From NCBI GenBank assembly GCA_043818275.1, contig JBDRFY010000050.1:1-64000 (forward strand): a DNA stretch of 64,000 nt, in the 5' to 3' direction. A model generated the notes under the pieces. It was given only the letters and a program-made list of their open reading frames with translations. It was not told the origin of the DNA and made no database searches. Positions 59,264 through 64,000 of the stretch are shown in pieces. The translations under genes were made by a program, and so were the position numbers. The stretch comes from a bacterium (GTDB taxonomy: Bacteria; Babelota; Babeliae; Babelales; JAUWHS01). How positions within the stretch are numbered: position 1 is the stretch's first letter; the number at the start of each line of letters is the position of its first letter.

Positions 59264-61000
59264 ATGATAAATTCATCATTCAAGTTTAGAAAATTAATTC
59301 TAGGCCTCATTTTGCTCAATTTTGTATCATTGCCTATTTTTGGCAAACCACCCAAATTAACAGTTGTCCTGGTAATAGATCAATTTGGATATCAGTATAT
59401 TCAAAAACTACAAAATAACTTTAATTATTCGTTTAACTTTTTATTAAATAATGGAATCATTTATACAAACGCGCATCATCCTCATGGCGCCCCAACAACT
59501 GGAACAGGTCACGCGGCAATCGGAACAGGATGTTATGCAAAGGATCACGGAATAGTTTTAAATTCCTGGGTTACACCCGAAGGTAAAAAAACTAATTGTT
59601 ACGATGATGCTTCAAAAGATTCTGCTGTTTTTGGTGAAAATAAACTTTGCGATTATGGAATATCAGCAAAAAGAATGATGGTCGACAGCCTTGCTGATCA
59701 ATTTATTCATGCTTCAAAACCGGATTATCCAAATAAATCGTTTTCATTATCATTCAAGCCACGCTCAGCAATTGGTATGGGTGGACATTTAAGTAAAAAC
59801 ATATGGTTTGATGAAGAAACGGGACTTTTTACTTCGAGCAAGGCATTTTTTGATAAACTTCCTGAATGGGTTAACCGTTTTAACAAAAAGAAAAACATAA
59901 GCAAAATAAAAGAAATTTCATGGAAACTTTGTTATCCAAGAAAAAGCAAATATTACAAATTCAAAAATATTGATATCAATGAAAAAACTGATTATAAATT
60001 CGCAGGATACAAAAAAAGTCTAATTTCTCCTCCCGGAAAAATGACTCCAAATGACCCTAAAGAATTTGAAAAAAATTCTTATGAAAGCAATCCATATGAA
60101 ATATTTCAAAGAACTCCACTTGCGAATGAAACATTACTTGAACTATCAAAAGAATGTTTAAAAAATAATTTCAATACTGAAAAAAATGAAACTTTTTTAT
60201 TGTGGGTTTCTTTATCTCCGCTTGATCCGCTTGGACATATATATGGACCGCAAAGTCTGGAAATAACAGATATGATTTATCACCTGGACAAACAAATAAA
60301 AGATTTTTTTAAATTAGCTCAAAAACTTGCCGGCAAAAAAGAGTTATTTTTTGTTTTAACAGCTGATCACGGATTAGAAGAAATTCCTGAAATTATGCAA
60401 ATTGATGGATACAAAAAAGCTGTAAGAATAAATGTTAAAACCTTAATTAAAGAAATGAACGATTTAATTAATAATAAATACGAAATCTCAGATTTAGTTT
60501 TAGACTTTAGAACATCAATGTTTTATCTCGATCAACAAAAATTTAAAAAATTAAAGAAAGAACAAAGACATGAAATTTTAAACGATTTAAAAATCTTTTT
60601 AAAAAAACAGAACGGTGTAAAAAATATTTGGACTTACAATGAACTTAAAAATTCAACTTTTGAACCATATCAGCTTGAAAATTTTTATAAAATGCAACTT
60701 TACCCTGAAAGAAGTGGTCAACTTATTTGTCAACCTCAACCATACTCCGTTTTCACACCTTATCCGACAGGAACTTCTCACCGCTGCGCGTATAATTTTG
60801 ATACAAACGTTCCTTTATTTTTGTATCAAAAAGGAAAATATGAAAAAAAATATATAAACGAAAAAGTCTGGGTCCCCCAACTTCCTGTAACGTTGGCCAG
60901 AATTTTGGAAATTGCAAAACCATCAGCTTCTCCATTTGAGCCCCTACCGGGAATAAAATTTGATACGGCAGAAAGTAATTTTTTTCAATGGATTAATTAA
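59264..61000 (+). CDS. Alkaline phosphatase superfamily protein (PafA/NPP-like)
   Basis: VLVIDQF, PTTGTGHA (Thr nucleophile), DPLGHIYGP, TADHG; signal peptide. Confidence 0.88.
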   Translation: MINSSFKFRKLILGLILLNFVSLPIFGKPPKLTVVLVIDQFGYQYIQKLQNNFNYSFNFLLNNGIIYTNAHHPHGAPTTGTGHAAIGTGCYAKDHGIVLNSWVTPEGKKTNCYDDASKDSAVFGENKLCDYGISAKRMMVDSLADQFIHASKPDYPNKSFSLSFKPRSAIGMGGHLSKNIWFDEETGLFTSSKAFFDKLPEWVNRFNKKKNISKIKEISWKLCYPRKSKYYKFKNIDINEKTDYKFAGYKKSLISPPGKMTPNDPKEFEKNSYESNPYEIFQRTPLANETLLELSKECLKNNFNTEKNETFLLWVSLSPLDPLGHIYGPQSLEITDMIYHLDKQIKDFFKLAQKLAGKKELFFVLTADHGLEEIPEIMQIDGYKKAVRINVKTLIKEMNDLINNKYEISDLVLDFRTSMFYLDQQKFKKLKKEQRHEILNDLKIFLKKQNGVKNIWTYNELKNSTFEPYQLENFYKMQLYPERSGQLICQPQPYSVFTPYPTGTSHRCAYNFDTNVPLFLYQKGKYEKKYINEKVWVPQLPVTLARILEIAKPSASPFEPLPGIKFDTAESNFFQWIN

Positions 61001-61842
61001 ATATTTTTAAATCTTCGATGTTGCCACATCCATTGACCTGGAGAACGTAAAATAGCGTCTTCGAGTATTTTGTTACCTGAAGATGCTATTTCTATTTCAG
61101 GATTTTTAAATTTTTCAAAATCTTGTGGATACAACGGTTTATAAACTTTTAATAAATATTTATTTAAATTTTTAATAAACATAAAACCTGAAACTATTGG
61201 CGCGCCTGTTTTTAAACTTAATTCTGCAAATGCTTTGTGACTCCAAACATTTTGGTTAAAAAATTTTGTCTGAATTCCCTCCGGTGGATAACAATGCTGA
61301 TCTGAAATTAAAACAACATTTCCACCCCTTCGTAAATGTTTATAAACATTAAATAAAGAATTTTTTTTAGAAATTAAAATATTGCCACTTCTTTGACGAT
61401 TATTTTTTACAAAACGTTCAAACCATAAAAAATTTTTTGCTTTAATTGGATTATACAAAACCAAACTTTTTATGCCTTTTAATGCCAGATAATGCGCGGC
61501 CAATTCCCAGTTTCCAAAATGCGCGGTAATAATAATTACACCTTTGCCTTTTTTTTGCGCGTCATAAAAACATTCCATTCCTTCAGTTGTTATGTATTTA
61601 TCAATATTTTTTTTGTTATAAAAACGCATAAGCAAAAAATCCGCGGCTGAATGTCCCAAAGACAAATAACTTTTTTTTACAATTTTATTATTTTTCTTTT
61701 TATCGCTATTTTTCTCTGGAGGGAAACACAAATCAACATTTGCAGCCGCGACTGGTCTTCGTTTTTTTGAAAAATAAAAAAACAGCGCAGCAACAAATCT
61801 AAAAAATAAAATTGTAAATATACGGCAAGTTGCAAATATCAC
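60997..61842 (-). CDS. Lipid A late acyltransferase (LpxL/HtrB family)
   Basis: AHFGNWE, DQ, FF, PGQWMWQHRRFK. Confidence 0.88.
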   Translation of the reverse strand: MIFATCRIFTILFFRFVAALFFYFSKKRRPVAAANVDLCFPPEKNSDKKKNNKIVKKSYLSLGHSAADFLLMRFYNKKNIDKYITTEGMECFYDAQKKGKGVIIITAHFGNWELAAHYLALKGIKSLVLYNPIKAKNFLWFERFVKNNRQRSGNILISKKNSLFNVYKHLRRGGNVVLISDQHCYPPEGIQTKFFNQNVWSHKAFAELSLKTGAPIVSGFMFIKNLNKYLLKVYKPLYPQDFEKFKNPEIEIASSGNKILEDAILRSPGQWMWQHRRFKNI

Positions 61843-61935
61843 ACTTTTCCTCTAGATTAATCGCACGTTATTTGTTAAAAATTTATAATCATTTAAAACA
61901 CCCTAAATTATTAAATGTTTTAAAGGAGAATAAAA

Positions 61936-63321
61936 TTGAATATTACAGAAAAAATTAAATCTGCAAAAGGAAAAGGCGATCCAACAAAAAAAATAATTTT
62001 TTATTGGCTTCCCGAGTTAATTTCCACAGGAATACTTATTTCAGTCCCTCCGGTTTTAGATTCACTCATAATTTCACATTTAAAATCAACAACAATATTT
62101 GGCGCCTTTGGTATGGCTGCAAGTTTATTGCACACATTGACAAAACTTTCAGAATCAATTCCTGTTGCTGAAATGGCAATTGTCGGACGGCATAACGGCG
62201 CGCAAGAATATCCCAAATGCGGTCAAGATTTGGGAGACACATTTTGGACAACTATTTTTATTGGCATATCTCAATTTTTATTAATTTTTTTTGGCGCCAG
62301 TACCATTTACTCCTGGTTAGGAGTTTCTGATAAAATGATATCTATTGGCACTCCATATTTAATTTTGCGTTCCCTGGGTATATTTCTGGTTTTTGTTTTA
62401 ATGTCATTTATTGGTTTCATGCGCGGTGTTAAAAATACAAAAATTCCCATGCTTATAAATATTGTTGGCATGGCAACATTTTCTTTTTTTGATTATTCGC
62501 TTGTTCTTGGAAGATTTGGTTTTCCGCAAATCGGATTAACAGGTTCCGCAATCGCTTCAATAATTCAATATGTTGTAATGATTTCCATCGCAGTTTCCTA
62601 TATTCATTTAAACCCTGATTATAAAAAATATTTTTATAAATTATTTTTTAATTATTTTAACAATAAAAGAGTCGCCCAACTTTTAAATTTAAGTTGGCCA
62701 ATTATGATTGATAAAGGATCTCTTGCATTTGCATATATCTGGCTTTCAAAAATGATTGCCCCTATGGGAAAATACGCGATTGCAACTTATGACATAATTA
62801 ACAAACTGGAACGTTTTGCTATTTTACCAGCAGCCGGTTTTGCAAATGTTGTTATTTTTCTGGTCAGCAACAGACTGGGAGCCAATGATCCAGATGGAGC
62901 AAAAGCAAACGTAAAAAAAATTATGGTTATGACGGCAGGCAGTGTTCTTGTAACTCTTTCAATCCTTTGTTATAACTCCAGATTTTTTGTAAGTTTTTTT
63001 GATCCAAAACATAAATTTACAGATTTTGCTTCAACAGCGCTCACTTTTATAAGCTTATTTGTCGTATTTGATTTTGTTCAATTAATTCTGGCAGGAGCAT
63101 TGAGAGGCAGCGGAAGTGTTCGAAGTGTTATGTGGGTAAGGTTCTTCTCCTGTTTTTTCTTTTTCCTCCCTCTTTCTTATTTTCTAGCTCACTTACCAAT
63201 AGAAAGTGAAGTCCTAAAATTTATCATAATTTATGGAACTTTTTATATAAATACCGGTTTTATGGGACTCCTTTTTTTGAAAAAAATCATGAGCCCAAAC
63301 TGGAAAAAAGATATCACCTAA
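61936..63321 (+). CDS. MATE family efflux transporter
   Basis: 12-TM duplicated topology; GFMRGVKNTK.PM, GLTGSAIAS, GALRGSG. Confidence 0.88.
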   Translation: MNITEKIKSAKGKGDPTKKIIFYWLPELISTGILISVPPVLDSLIISHLKSTTIFGAFGMAASLLHTLTKLSESIPVAEMAIVGRHNGAQEYPKCGQDLGDTFWTTIFIGISQFLLIFFGASTIYSWLGVSDKMISIGTPYLILRSLGIFLVFVLMSFIGFMRGVKNTKIPMLINIVGMATFSFFDYSLVLGRFGFPQIGLTGSAIASIIQYVVMISIAVSYIHLNPDYKKYFYKLFFNYFNNKRVAQLLNLSWPIMIDKGSLAFAYIWLSKMIAPMGKYAIATYDIINKLERFAILPAAGFANVVIFLVSNRLGANDPDGAKANVKKIMVMTAGSVLVTLSILCYNSRFFVSFFDPKHKFTDFASTALTFISLFVVFDFVQLILAGALRGSGSVRSVMWVRFFSCFFFFLPLSYFLAHLPIESEVLKFIIIYGTFYINTGFMGLLFLKKIMSPNWKKDIT

Positions 63322-63392
63322 ATTTTAGCCATAATTTGCATTACATCCATCAATTGGTATATTGATAGCTAAAATAATATTGAAATATAGTC

Positions 63393-63600
63393 CGAAGTGA
63401 TTTGAAATTCTTGAATTAACTTTATTTTAGCTAAAACGCCCCACCCGCTCGTCCTGAGCTTGTCGAAGGAAATCGAGCGGGTGGGATATAAATTCGAGCA
63501 TATTAAGAGAGTTTATTAATTTTATTATTCAACTGTTCAAAATCACTTCGAACAATCCTGAACCATGGACTGAACTAGATTCAGGCTTGATTCAGGATCT
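63393..63600. repeat. Composite palindromic region: single family-1 unit inside an 11-bp inverted repeat, followed by a family-2 hairpin
   Basis: cccacccgctcg-tcctgagcttgtcgaaggaaat-cgagcgggtggg (63440-63485); cgaagtgattt (63393-63403)/aaatcacttcg (63540-63550); atcctgaa...ttcaggat (about 63555-63600). Confidence 0.75.
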
Positions 63601-63620
63601 TTAATTAAAGGCCTAAACCA

Positions 63621-63941
63621 ATGATCAAATTAGATGAAAAAGTTTTATTAAAACTTGCAAAACTATCAGCGCTAAAACTTTCTGACAACGAAATTCCCAA
63701 ATTCACAAAAGATTTAAATGAATTATTGAAACACTTTGAAGAATTAAACAACATAAAAAGCTCAAAAGAATACCTGGCAACACGCAATAAAAATATTTTC
63801 AGACAAGATAAGGCAATAAAACAAAATTCAGAAGAAATAATGGCGCAAGCGCCAAAAACACAAGATAATTATTTTGTTGTTCCATCCGCCATAGCCTTGG
63901 CGAAGGCGGACAAGTCAGTTCAAAATAAAAAAGATAATTAA
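63621..63941 (+). CDS. gatC: Asp-tRNA(Asn)/Glu-tRNA(Gln) amidotransferase subunit C, with in-frame palindromic insert
   Basis: KLAKLSALKL, FRQD, APKTQDNYFVVP; precedes a gatA-like start. Confidence 0.9.
   Translation: MIKLDEKVLLKLAKLSALKLSDNEIPKFTKDLNELLKHFEELNNIKSSKEYLATRNKNIFRQDKAIKQNSEEIMAQAPKTQDNYFVVPSAIALAKADKSVQNKKDN
63885..63911. repeat. 27-nt GC-rich palindromic insert inside gatC (encodes SAIALAKAD)
   Basis: tccgcc-atagccttggcgaa-ggcgga hairpin, codon-aligned. Confidence 0.7.
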
Positions 63942-63942
63942 T

Positions 63943-64000
63943 ATGAAACCATTTATAACAATTAAAGAATTAAAAGAAAAAATATCAAACGAAGAAATAA
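63943..64000 (+). CDS. gatA: Probable start of amidotransferase subunit A (truncated by window end)
   Basis: ATG 1 nt after the gatC stop; MKPFITIKELKEKISNEEI resembles a GatA N-terminus; call rests largely on gene order. Confidence 0.65.
   Translation, partial: MKPFITIKELKEKISNEEI

Noticed and set aside
1494..63600. CRISPR array or autonomous IS/prophage
   Set aside because: Repeats are dispersed inverted pairs, not regularly spaced direct repeats; no cas, transposase, integrase or phage gene was recognised.

Overview
Strongly AT-rich bacterial chromosomal window, standard genetic code. Gene content suggests a host-dependent intracellular bacterium, most plausibly Dependentiae (TM6/Babeliae); this is an inference from two tandem TLC/NTT nucleotide transporters, many signal-peptide LRR/ankyrin-like orphans and broken-up housekeeping operons. 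Housekeeping genes: dnaE, hflX, gap, RNase HI, tatD, HU, sbcC-like, rodA, waaA, lon, rpsB, dnaX (split by a 1-nt frameshift), der, lptB-like, hpf, lpxL-like, gatC and the start of gatA. RNA genes: tRNA-Ile2(CAT), tRNA-Ser(GGA) and a compact SRP RNA. Main findings: (1) a ~12 kb minus-strand locus (12580-24424) of seven related secreted beta-solenoid-like proteins in the order A-B-A-B-A-B-C, where each B carries a six-repeat tectonin-like beta-propeller, with a promoter and palindrome upstream and a terminator downstream; (2) a two-gene unit of a periplasmic binding protein plus a prokaryotic pentameric ligand-gated ion channel; (3) several families of palindromic REP/MITE-like elements, including one starting at the CCA of both tRNAs and a relative inserted in frame into gatC; (4) a secreted LRR protein with a clan-CD-like His/Cys motif pair. 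No CRISPR array, rRNA, transposase, integrase or prophage was seen. All calls come from motif reading only; no database searches were run.
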